Source: the human T2T-CHM13v2.0 reference genome, Homo sapiens. Taken from it: DNA of 64,000 nucleotides. Positions 52,445-63,854 of the stretch are shown here, piece by piece. The translations under genes were made by a program, and so were the position numbers. Numbering within the stretch: the first letter of the stretch is position 1; each line of letters begins with the position of its first letter. The stretch lies in assembly GCF_009914755.1 (NCBI RefSeq), contig NC_060926.1; one strand, 5' to 3'. The notes under the pieces are model-generated. The model had not been told where the DNA came from, searched no databases, and saw nothing but the letters and a program-made list of their open reading frames with translations.

Positions 52445-52939
52445 CCACCCTCCACCCACCTCCGGTTCCGCGTGCACGCGCGAGATAGTCCAGTGGGCCC
52501 ACAGATAACGACCATCAGAGATTAAAGAAGGAAAGTCAGCGAGCTTGAACACAGGCGTCCCGTGTGGAAATGTCCAAGGAGACCGCCAGAAGTGCGCAAG
52601 CCGGAGTCGGCTAGAGTTTCCTTCTCACCGAGAGGGGGAGCCCGGCGTTCCCGGCCGGGAGCGACCCGGAGTCCCCAGCCCCGCGTCCCAGCTGCCGCCA
52701 GCGCCAGTTTTGGATTCGGCGGATTAGGAAGAGGAGGGAGGGGGGAGAGAGCGCGAAGAGGGAGGGGACCGAAGCTGGAGGGTCCCGAGTCCAGCGCCGT
52801 GTTGGCGTAGAGAAACTTTCCCTCTCGGCCTCGGAGACGGCGCCCCGGCCGTGCCGGAGTGGAGATCGCCAGGCTCGGAGGAACCGGCAGCTCTCCACGC
52901 CCCTGCCCGAAGCCTGACCCGACTGCCTCTCTCAGTGAG
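52445..52939 (+). other. GULP1: GULP1 non-coding first exon 1a (5' UTR); start approximate
   Basis: Donor GAG|GTACGG at 52939/52940 inside the CpG island; the TSS cannot be fixed from sequence. Confidence 0.65.
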
Positions 52940-53519
52940 GTACGGAGATTTATCTAGGCTCTTCCCTGGCTGCGAACCCAGGCTCCCTCCAGGTAGCGTG
53001 GAATCGCTTAGAAGCTGATATCCCGAGGGGCGGTGGGGGTGGACAGCTCCGGCCACCAGTGCCCGGGAAGGAGGGCGCGGGGCTGCGCGTAGCCGCTGGC
53101 CAGCAGGTTGTAAAAAATTAGGACAGCTAAATGCTCAGGGAGTCGTCCAGCACTAAAGGAGGCTAAGACCTGTTGACGCCTGCTATGGCAGCGCTTGAGA
53201 AATGACTGGGGGAGTCCAGCGAGGTCGGGGACGCAGCGGTCTCCGGGCTCCAGAAACCTCCTTAGCCTTTTGTGGTAACTTTGGTCCGGCGGCGGGGGGC
53301 CGGTGAGCAGGAACTGGAGGGAGGCGGTGGGGAAACCGTGGATCCGTCCGGCTGAGGGTGCGTGGATCAGACTGGGCTGAGCAGGCAAGTCATCGTCGGG
53401 TCACAGCGAGGCGACCCAGGAGCGAACTTCCAGGGCAGCCTCCCTTTTGTTGGCGCTGGGAGAGAATGTGGGCATGGGGGTGGGGAGGCGCGAAGCTCCG
53501 AGGCCGGGCCGCGGATACT

Positions 53520-53885
53520 TTAAAGCTCAGAGCTGGGAGGGCCCAAAGGAAGGGGCGGCGTCCACATGGTTACCCTTCTGCTGCGCGGGTCAAGTAGCTT
53601 CTTCTGGAGGGCGCAAGGCGCGGCGGGGGTGATGAGCCCTTGGGTTCTCGCTCCGACTGCTAAATTCGCTTGGCCGGGTCCACCTTCTCGTGGCCTCACT
53701 CGCCACACGGATCAGAATCCGGAGCAGGCAGTTCTCTCTATTCTGAGGCTCCTGCGGCTGCCGCGCTGACTTCCCTGTGTGCGGGAGGGAACTCTGGGCA
53801 GGCTGGTTTTCTTGGAATGTGTTTACGATGTTGAATGGGACTTGAACAGGAAGCTGGACGCTGCAGCTGGAACTAGCGTGCCAAG
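53520..53885 (+). other. GULP1: GULP1 alternative non-coding first exon 1b; start approximate
   Basis: Donor AAG|GTAGAG at 53885/53886 at the 3' edge of the island; TATA-like tactttaaa at about 53516-53524. Confidence 0.55.
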
Positions 53886-55419
53886 GTAGAGTAAGGAAGA
53901 CTTAGCTGGTGTTGGGCTTGGCGGGTCCACTTGGTACGCTGGGCAAACTCCAAGTAAGTGAGGGCTGGCAGTCAAGGTACCCCTCCCTAGGTCCTAGTAG
54001 TGTTTCCCAACTGAGCTCGCCTTACTCATTTGCAATCAGACATTTTACATGCACTATTTCAATCTGCAAGTTTGACAAAGTGTAATGCAGTCAATTAGGA
54101 AGGATTTAATAAATTTATTTTGTGCCTGCTTTTAAAATACGTTACACCAACATTTGAGAATAAAAAGTTACGGAGAATGTTCAAGTCATGACTGATTTCT
54201 AGGACTAGCAGGAGACAATACTGATGATTTTGTGTCTGTATTACAAAATGGGTGATTAGGTGCTAAAGTAAGGGAGATTATTAGACAGAGTGAATGTGAG
54301 GAAGTGGAAAACTTTCAGAGGAATTGGAAATTCTTCAAATTTGCAAATTGCTCCCTTTCTCTGCCAGTCTTTCCCTTTTCCCCCCATATGAACAAGTAGC
54401 CTTGGCTGGAAAACCCACAAATTGGGAGAGTGCAGTCGCTGGTGACTACAGGCTTTGCTGGAAACAGCAGACAGGCTAAGGTACTGCCCCACTGCATAAT
54501 TAAAGGTCTCCTTGAGCTGTCCAGGAGTGTTTTCCAAGTTTTTACGACTGACAAGGAAAAAAAGAGAGGAACCTGGCCGGCAGCCAAACTAGACTGAGCT
54601 CAGTAGCCAGGCATGAAAGAGACTGGGCAAGTTGCAGGGGCTAATTGGAAAGGGGCTGTCGGTTGCACTTGGGGTTTAAACAAGAGGTTTCTTTTGCAAT
54701 GAGAATTTTTAGGTGGCTAAGATCAGTCTTCTTGGCAAAAAAATAAACTAAGCATAGAGTGCAGTTGGATATGACCGAGGAAATTACAAAAAGGGCTCCA
54801 GGAGCAAAGTCTGAGCTTTCCTTATCAGTGTTGCAGTGGAATAGCTGGGGGCCTGATGCTGTTTGTGCTGATCATACTTTGCAAATGCCCACACTTTGTT
54901 GCTGTTTGTCTCCTTGGACGAGGTTTGCTGCAACTTCAATTCCTTGACTTCGGCCTTACTTTGTTTTCATAGCAGCAAGAATTGAAGACTTAAGGGTTTG
55001 AGCAGATGGTTTTCTACCTAAATTGAATAATTCAATTACGTATTCTCAACTAGCATGGATTTGGGTCATGGAATTAAAGTAGAAACGTATCCGGCATGAC
55101 TTCTTTGTGCTTATCAAAAGTGATCCTGATAAACAGATCTTGCTCTTTCATGTAAAGAAGTAAAAGGTGAGATGATCTCAGTATTTCACACATTTGCCCT
55201 TTACTGCTTCCTAATTCCAAACCAGCTAGGAACTCAAAGCCTTAACTGCAATTCAGACTCTTCTTTGTGTATTAAAGTTGTGTATGTTTCATCTCTCTTT
55301 TTTTTTTCTTCAGAGAGGTGGGTTGTAGGTTTACTATTGTGGGCTTAGGGGTTAAATGGTTAAAACAAACAAACAAACAAACAAACTAATGTGGTTTATA
55401 TTTCCTCTGTATTTAAGAG

Positions 55420-55600
55420 TTTGAGATTGTGAATATTAGCCTGCTTTCTGAGACTCACTTTGTGAATCACCCTCAGCCAAATGTTTTCCCTGACTATGAT
55501 TTCAGTTTTTCCACTTGCAAAGTAAAGAAACTTTCCTTTACATAATTACAAGATTATTGTGAGAATTAAAGAGATGAAATAATGTTAATAGGCTTTTCGA
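55420..55600 (+). mobile_element. MIR fragment
   Basis: ttcagtttttccacttgcaaagt...agattattgtgagaattaaagagatg. Confidence 0.65.
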
Positions 55601-55620
55601 CATAAAGGTCATAGGATTTC

Positions 55621-55817
55621 TGACTCAGCTGACTCAGTTGAGTTTATGGGGATAAAATAGGAATACTTCTATGTTGAATACCCATGTAATAATGACATAT
55701 CTGGATCTAATTTATAAAAATTACCACTTTTACATTTTAATCATAGCTTTAATTTAATCATACATTTTAATTTTTGAGGATATAAGGGAGATTTTGTTAT
55801 GGTTAAGGCTGAGTCAT
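55621..55817. promoter_or_regulatory. Cluster of three AP-1 sites (TGACTCA), two in ARE context (TGACTCAGC)
   Basis: TGACTCAGC at 55621-55629, TGACTCA at 55630-55636, ATGACTCAGC on the - strand at 55808-55817. Confidence 0.5.
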
Positions 55818-57677
55818 TTTCTCAAACAGAAAAGAACAATTAGCACATTCATTTATTTTTATTTCAGTTTATATTTATACACAAGACCAGTTATTTTTAA
55901 AGTCCAGCTTAATTTTACCTTTATGAGAAGTTACCAAGTATATTCACAGAACTTGGCTCTCTTCTCAGAAATAATGCTTGAGAAGCTGAAATATATTTAT
56001 GACATACAAACAGACTTTCTTTTCTTAATGGCCACAACAATTTCCTTAAGAATTTGGAGGATAGATTTTGGAGCCATTCATTAATAAATCCAGCCAATGT
56101 TTGTTGCATGCATATCATGCATCATCGGGCCTGTATTCCAATCAGCACCGAACTTCTCAGCTCTGTGATTTCTGTGCATGTTATTTTACTTCTTAAACAT
56201 TTTTCCAACATATCATTTATTGCCTATGTTTCTGTCTATAATTTATGAGCCTGTTCATTGTTGATTCATTATGATCATTGTGAAATATTTACTTTTTAGT
56301 GTGACATGTCAATTAGTAAAATATACTACATATTTTTATGGTTCATTGTACTGTGCTACAGTCATGGATGTTTAACTTAACTCCTTTTCGGGTGAACAGA
56401 TCAACTTATTAGAGAAAACAGAATAAGTATAGATAAATTGTTTAAAGGATAAAGTCTTTTGCTAAAATACCTAGTCATAGCTTTTATTTTTAGACTTTAT
56501 ATTATAATTAATAGTGAATCTGTAAAAAGCACGTGTATATGGGATATAGTAGTTGGGTTGAAACTTACACTATGGGTATCCTTGAACAAGTGGCTGTTTG
56601 AGGATATATTAGGGTAATTTTAATATAAAATGTCAAATTTTACCTTTCATTTTAAATTAGAAATCCTTAAAATTCTTATTTCCATTGATGAATGGTAGGT
56701 GATTTTAATTTAAATTTTACTTAGCAGAGTGATGTATTTGTGATTCAATCCGCGATATTGCAATTTGTTTTCTAAAACCTCTAAAGGATAAAAAAAGTTA
56801 TTTTATTTCAGTATAATAATGAATTCAAAGATAGTTACAGAAGCTAACTGCATAACTGCCATGAGCCCTGGTCCCTAAACGTATTAGAGGCTGGTGGATC
56901 TAATATTGTTTGCCTTAATGCATTTAGAGATCAGGAAACTTAAGCTTTTTCCCATAAGAGCATAAAATATACTCAGATTGGAAGAGGAAAAAATGGTATA
57001 ACTTTGAATGGAGAAATCGCTTCACTTTCAAACACTGGGGATATGAAATTGAAATCAGGCCTTTATTTTTAAAGAGAATGGCTAAAAGTCATTGTTCCAG
57101 AGTAAGACTTAGAAAACAATGCTTATACTGTTTTCAGGCCCTTGTTATTTGCGAGTTTTTTGTTTGTTTTATGCCTAAGAAATGTTTTCAGCCACTCTAA
57201 TGATGCTTACCATGCATGATTGTCATCAGAGGACAGTTAATTGACTCAAATATTGTGTGGGATAGTAAGTGTCAATTTTCTGTTTACATTGAAATGGTAT
57301 AGTTACGGCGAATTTGAAATTAGTTTTGTCTTTCAGTGTAGTATACTTAAAAATAGTGTTTTGAAAAGGCTGCCCTAATTTGCACACATAATATGAATAA
57401 GTAAGTTAACTTATATAGAAATTAAGATTTTCAGTATATTTTGTGCTAAATTGCAAAGATTAATATGGCTTTTTAAAGGAAGTTTTGAATAGCCTTGTAT
57501 GTATTTTCTAGGATGCAACTAAGAGAGTGCATCTAGATATCAATACCTGCCTTTATTTCATGTTTGTTTTTTGCTATTAACATTATATAAATGTACCTAT
57601 ACATCAGCTGTATCATATACCTCCTGATGAAGAAGTTCAGAATAGACCTTAGAAACTTCCATATTTTGGGGGACTAC

Positions 57678-57765
57678 TTTCTCTCTGTCTCTCTGTCTCT
57701 GTCGTTCTCTCTCTCTTTGTCTGTCTCTCTCTCTGTCTCCATTTCTTTCTCCCTTTCTGTGTGTG
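57678..57765. repeat. (TC/TG)n compound microsatellite
   Basis: Seen directly. Confidence 0.9.
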
Positions 57766-58266
57766 CATACTTATGATACATATATATTCTTTGATGTTTC
57801 TCTATTTGTGCTATAGTTTTTCTGTAGGGAAAAATAGCTTCAGTTAATTGATATTTTTGAGCCCAATTTTAACAACTAATTAAAAATGTTTCCCAGATAA
57901 GTATTGCTAGAAATCCTAGAAATCCTTTTTTTTTTCTTTTTTCCAAATTCTAAAAGTGTTTTTAGACTTCTATTTATACCTCCGAAAGAAGAGAAAAATA
58001 GTTGGCAAGATCTTCTACCTACATTCTTTGTTGTAGGCTCTAATGATGGCATACTCATGGAAGCCCTTTCTACTCTTCTTAAGTAGAACACAAGCACATG
58101 TACAGTTAACTACTGTAAGAAGGTAAATTCACTACTTAGAAGTTAGATACTACTGATAAGTTTATCAGGTATTGTGAAGTGAGAATTTTATACAAATGTA
58201 GTGTTTTCCTGGTATGGTACAGCTTTTTCTTAATATTAGGTGTTACAGTTGATCCATTTCTTGAAA

Positions 58267-58363
58267 CTTCATCCACCAGTCCTCCAGGAACATCAAGGAT
58301 CTTAAACTTTGCCAGAGCTACAAAGGCAAAGTTTAAGATCCTTGAAGTTCCTGGGGGAACCAT
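58267..58363 (+). ncRNA. MIR561: microRNA precursor mir-561 (5p 58292-58313 ATCAAGGATCTTAAACTTTGCC; 3p 58327-58348 CAAAGTTTAAGATCCTTGAAGT)
   Basis: Perfect 21-bp inverted repeat 58293-58313/58325-58345 with an 11-nt loop, plus an 8-bp lower stem; sequence recognised as hsa-mir-561. Confidence 0.95.
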
Positions 58364-59604
58364 GGATGGCTATCCTTATTTCTATAAGAGAGGAGACTGA
58401 ATACTGTGGGCTCAGTCTTCAGTCTACCCTCTTATAGAAATAAAGACAATCATTTCAGAGCATACATAATCTACTGACTGAATCATTAATGATTTGCCTG
58501 TTTATAGCTGTATAATATTTCATGAGGTGATAACTATTGTTCTCATTTGGTTTGTATTTAAATTAGATAATATCAATTTTAAATATAATTTTAGCCAAAA
58601 AAAATCAAACAGAACATTTGTAGTATGGTAGCAAACGTGCAAATTTGGGATAAAAAATTGAAATAAGAGAATAAATGTGATTTTAGCTTCTCAATTTTTT
58701 TCATAGCCATTTATAACCATCAAGAGATACCATGTTTTAAGTAAAATTTTAATAGCAAATAGGTTCATTTACCCAGATTTCAACCTAGGTGAATTAAAAC
58801 ATAGGGTTATAAGTACTAATGAGAGTTTTAAGAAACAGTATTTTGTAAAGTATCTTTGAAGGTCAAACTACATGTTATGCTCTGTAATTTATTTTATTTT
58901 TGTCTGCTTTGAGGAACTGTGTAGTAATAAAGGACTTTGGTTGATGATCAAACTCTCCTTTTACTTCCTTGATGATGTGTGTTATTATAGTCATAAAGAT
59001 GTCCAATAACATAAACACTGAACTTTACTAGTAGTGCAAATAAATACAGAGAAAGTTTGGCTGATTAGAAAGAACAATTGCATAACTGAATTAATTTCAA
59101 AGCAATTTATCTCTATGCTGAATATGTTAATTAAATATAATTAGAGGGTGTTTATGGATTGTAGTCTCTCAGAATATAGTTTGAGAGAATTTTTAAGGAG
59201 TCACATTTGAGTAAACAAATTTTATTTGAAATTACGTAAATGCAATATGAAATGGCAAAAGTCTATTGGTATTTTAGATTTATAAAATAGCATTGTTTTA
59301 GAGTAACAATGGCTATTGCTTTAAATTTTTATGAATTATTTTTTCTGTTTTAATGCATCACCATGACTGGATATGTAGGAGAAAAACCTTTAAGCTTCTT
59401 AGCAGTAAATCAGTAAGAGGTCTCATATTGCTAATGTCTTTAGTCATTTTAAAGGAAGAACTACTAAATTTGTAAAATCTGAGTTATCATAGGTTTAGCT
59501 GATTACATTAAGCAGACTAGGAAATTCATGATCAATTTGGAAAAATAAAATTTTCTAGAGTAGTACAGATGAGGTTTTAGAGAACAACATTTTAGACTTG
59601 ATGT

Positions 59605-60192
59605 TGTTGGAAGTAAATGCTCGGTGCTGCCAAGTGAATATAGCACTCAGGCAAAAGTTTGCTCAGCAAGGCAATTTACTTCTATAAAAGGGTGCCTCTC
59701 ACGGATGGAGCAATGGCAAGAGCACACCAGACAAGGGAGGAGAAGGGGATCTTACTATTAATGCAGCTAGTCCCTACTGCTTGTTTTTCCCCTATTGGGT
59801 AGGGTTGGACCGCACAGTCTAAGATAATTCCAACTGGCTATTTTAAAGACAGCAGGGGTATGAGCTGGAGTGGCGGGGTGAGAAGCTTTGGTGGGAAGGA
59901 CGGTTACAGAGCAGGTGACCAAGGATGACTAAGGACAGAGCAGGTGACTAAGGAGGGAGCAGGTGACTAAGGATGACTAAGGACAGAGCAGGTGACTAAG
60001 GAGGGAGCAGGTGACTAAGGATGACTAAGGACAGAGCAGGTGATAGAGGCTAGGAGGGGGTTGTTTACTAAAGCTAGGGACAAGGAGATGTAAAGAACGA
60101 GGAAGTTAAACTTTCAAATGGAAAACAAAGAACAGGGAAGCTCAATATACTAACATATTGGTTCTTTGAAGAGGAATTTACTGTATCCTACA
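59605..60192 (-). mobile_element. LTR10-family (HERV-IP10) solo LTR
   Basis: TG...CA termini; reverse strand starts tgtaggatacagtaaattcctcttcaaagaaccaatatg; 4-bp TSD ATGT at 59601-59604 and 60193-60196; internal tandem array. Confidence 0.85.
59909..60043. repeat. 48-bp (29+19) tandem array inside LTR10
   Basis: Units gagcaggtgactaaggatgactaaggaca and gagcaggtgactaaggagg in the order A-B-A-B-A. Confidence 0.95.
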
Positions 60193-61786
60193 ATGTAATG
60201 AATCTTTCTTTGGGACTTTCTTATTCAATGAGATTTTGTCTTTATTCAGTGATTTTCCATTCACTTAATATACATTTGAAGTCTTTCCCCCCTTCTCATT
60301 CTGGGAAATATAACTGTGTTTAAACTGTGCATCTGCAAATAAAGAGATTCTGATATGATACAGTTGAATTTAATAAATACTTATCAAATAACACTTGTTC
60401 TTTTTGTAGTTGTGTGATTAGTAGGTGACAGAGACCTCCTCTTATTAACTTAAATAGAAGTTGGTATTTCTATATAATTCTGAGGTACAATGCAGAGGAT
60501 GTTGAGGAAGGAGGAGTGGGGAAAGCGGGTATTCACCAGTGTGAAGGGAAGCAGTGTATGGAAAGAATGTGTGCAGGTGATTCTTAGACCAAGTCACAGA
60601 GGATGAGGATGAGTTGGGCAGGCATTGAAAAGGGACAGTGTCAGTCAGAGCAGGTGGGATAGGCAAGAAGGCATGAAGCCATGAATGTGGTTTAGGAGAA
60701 CAACTTGTGGATTTTACAGTTATAGAGATGTTCCTCCTTTATGTTTCCATGTTCATGAACTAACCATTAGTAATTACATAAAGGAGTTTTAGCTGGATTA
60801 ATAGTTTTAGCTGAATAATTTTAGCTGGATTATCTTGCAAAACAACCATCTTGTTTTTCTTTCTTTTTTTCCATTTCTCCAGACCTGATCAGCATGTAAT
60901 TGGAATCACAAGGAGTAGGTTGTGCTCTCGATTTCATATTTATATTTAATTTCAGAACATGCAAATTAAAAAAATTTTTAATCACAGCATTAACTATATT
61001 GGGAGGAGTTATGATTTGGCTCTGCATCTTGTCTTATATTTGTTTATTTTTCATATATAAAGAACAGATGTGTTAAATAGTTATCTACTTGGTAGTAAGT
61101 AACTGTGCCAGTATTAACAATTTTTATGAATAATATTGAAAAAATAATTTTTTTCTGAACATATGGAAACTTGATAATTTTTCTATGCATCATTGACTTA
61201 TTTAAGATTATATATTTGGTTATATGGTGTGGATTACTTACTGATCATTGTTGATAAAAAATTTAAATGTGTGCTAAGAAGTTTGGAAAACGAATTTAGA
61301 ATATGTACAAGTACAACAAATTACTATCTTATGAAGGGGACCTATAATTAAAACATATATAACATAATTTAGTTCGCTATATTCCCTTCTTTTTGCTTGG
61401 CTTGACCATTCTGTGAGATACATCTATTTTAAAATTAGTTTATTATTGATGTTTGATTTATTTGAAACTAATGATTCAACTTTATTTTTGAAGTATGTGA
61501 CAAGAGCAGTCTCTTTAAACTTGTTAATTTGAAATAGTTAATATATAGAGCTTCACATTTATAAATCAGTTTAGTAGGTCTGGACCACCTTGAAGTTCCA
61601 GGGATGGGTCTAAGGTAATAGTTTTGTACTTGAAAATTGACAATACTGTCAAGATCACAATAAGAAATAACTGTCTTTCAGTCTCTTTCTGGCTTTTGGC
61701 TTCACTTTGTGTTTTCTGTAATGGTAAGCATCAAGCACCACTGACACTTATTTGCTTCCTTCTCCTGTTGAATGTCCAGGTTCCTG

Positions 61787-62097
61787 TTTATTTATTTATT
61801 TATTTTAGAGACAGGGTCTCACTCTGTCACCCAACCCGGAGTGCACTGGTGCAATCATAGCTCACTGCAGCCTCAAACTCCTGGACTCAAGTAATCCTCC
61901 CACTTCAGCCTCCCAAGTAGCTGAAACTATAGGTGCATGCCACCATGCATGGCTAATTTTTAAATTTTTACAATTCCTTCTAGAGACAGGTTCTCACTGT
62001 GTTGCCCAGGCTTGTCTAGAACTCCTGGGCTTAAACAATTCTCTGGCTTTGACCTGCCAATGTGCTGGTATTACAGGTGTGAGCACTGTACTTGGCT
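61787..62097 (-). mobile_element. AluJ
   Basis: (TTTA)n tail; gagacagggtctcactctgtcacc; caatcatagctcactgcagcctc. Confidence 0.92.
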
Positions 62098-62199
62098 CCA
62101 AGTTCCCTTTTAATGACAATGACATTGGGTTAAACCAGGTGTGATTTTGTACCTGAAGTTAACTCTTCTTTCCGTTTCTTGCATTTCCATTTGTAAGAA

Positions 62200-62810
62200 G
62201 CATGTTTTCACTTTTGAGAGCTATATCACCTTCCTTGTACTGTGGCATAAATTATTGATAGTCCACTAAAATCTATTCCTTATTCTTCTTTTCCCTGGTA
62301 TTATTCAAATGTCCACTCTTTCCCACATAACTCAGGGGAAGTCAATCCTACTCCTAATTCAAGGGAATTTTAGATTAGGTTCAGCTAAAAATCTTGGTGT
62401 TTCTATGCCCCTTGGCAGTGATTGTTCCTTGTCCCAGTTTTAGTCATATGTCACATGTCAGGTGAAATGAGAGGACTAAGGGGAATGGGTAGAAAAGATT
62501 TAGTTCCACTTAGCAAAGGAACATTGGATGAGAAAGCACATGTTGGCTTTTGATATTTGTCCTATCTGGAATACATGCTTCTTCAAATTGCTACAGGGAT
62601 CATCTTTTGTCACGAGGAGATTCAGCTTGAGGGCAAAACAAATGCCTTAAAATGGCAGAAAAAATATAAAACCTTGGGTACTTGATGGAATCATTGGGTT
62701 CTTGACTCCCTACTATATTTCTGGATTTACTGCTGTGTGAGATAATGAATTTCTTTCTTTTTCAAACCAACTTGAATAAAATATTTGGCTACTTAAAATA
62801 GTATCCTAAT
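62200..62810 (+). mobile_element. Old MaLR LTR (MLT1K/L-type)
   Basis: ccccttggcagtgattg, accttgggtacttgatggaatcattg, tgtgtgagataatgaattt...tttggctactta. Confidence 0.55.
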
Positions 62811-63411
62811 TATAGCCATTATTAAATGATATCTTAATTTTGTAAATAAAAGTTTTAGAAGTAGTAATTTAGATTATTGAAGAAACTTTACAGACTACTT
62901 GGGTTTTGTAAATTTTAGATATGGTTAGTGCTATTAGTCTATAAAAACTTATTATTCAAATCACCATGCATTAAGTTTTTAATACAGTAGATAAGTCAAT
63001 CATCTTATTAACTAAATTTATTTTAAAATGAATAAATTATGCAGGAGGTAGAGGCTAGCAAAACTAGGAATAATCTAACAAGCTCAGACAATAGAGAACT
63101 AAATTTAAAATTTTTTGAAATATAAATTCATAATCTAATCAGTTCACAAAATTATACCACTATTTATTGGCTGTGTGGTATCTTTAGTGTATTGAAAACA
63201 TTAAATATACATAAAGAAATATTGAAGCAATTTCAGTGCCTGGTCTGAGTAATTTAAAACTTACAGTGTGATGTTAAGACTAATTAGTAACTATTTAAAT
63301 ATAGAAGATAAAGCTGATAAGAGTAAAATTTTAAAAAATGGTAAACTATAGTTCCACTCACAGAGGTATAAAAAAATACAGACATACAGTAAACTTTTAA
63401 GTAAGAGCTAG

Positions 63412-63854
63412 TGACAAAGATTTTCTCCTTGACCAAATCCTGGTCAGGCTCTTGTGCGTCCTCTTCTCAACCAGGCCTTGACTTTTGGGCTTCTGTGTTC
63501 TGATCTGCATTGCCAAATTTAGCAAGAATCCTGCTAAGTGTCTTTGGCCATCCTCAATATTTGACCACTCTATATCTAATGAGGGTCCTCACCTTCCACC
63601 ATTTCCCAGATGATATCTCATCACCCTAACCTTCATTCAGCAAGAATCCTGACTAGTAATTTTTCTTCCACTGTCTTACATCCTGCTATTTGGCTACAAA
63701 TTCCTACTTTTTCTTGTAGTATTTGAAGTTGAGCCTAATTTTTCTTACTCACTGCAAAAACCCCATTGCAATGGTCCCAACGCCTGTTATGATGGTCCTG
63801 AATAAAGTTTGCCTTCCTGTTCTTTAATAATGTCATGAATCATTTTTTTCAACA
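63412..63854 (+). mobile_element. MER31-like ERV1 solo LTR
   Basis: tgacaaagattttctccttgaccaaa...tttagcaagaatcctgctaag...cctgaataaagt...tttttcaaca. Confidence 0.78.

Larger units (their letters stand above)
52330..53890. promoter_or_regulatory. GULP1: CpG island promoter of GULP1
   Basis: The only extended GC/CpG-dense, repeat-free region; contains GC boxes and splice donors; about 4.5-6 kb upstream of MIR561, which from recall is intronic in GULP1. Confidence 0.88.

Noticed and set aside
52253-53708. Many overlapping 60-126 aa ORFs in the CpG island
   Set aside because: Expected from stop-codon scarcity in GC-rich DNA; Arg/Pro/Gly-rich with no PTB domain; GULP1 coding exons lie outside the window
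58136-58400. Mirror ORFs on both strands sharing PPGTSRILNFA
   Set aside because: An artefact of the miR-561 inverted repeat
59909-60043. Regular repeats that superficially resemble a CRISPR array
   Set aside because: No unique spacers and no cas genes; it is the tandem array of a primate LTR10
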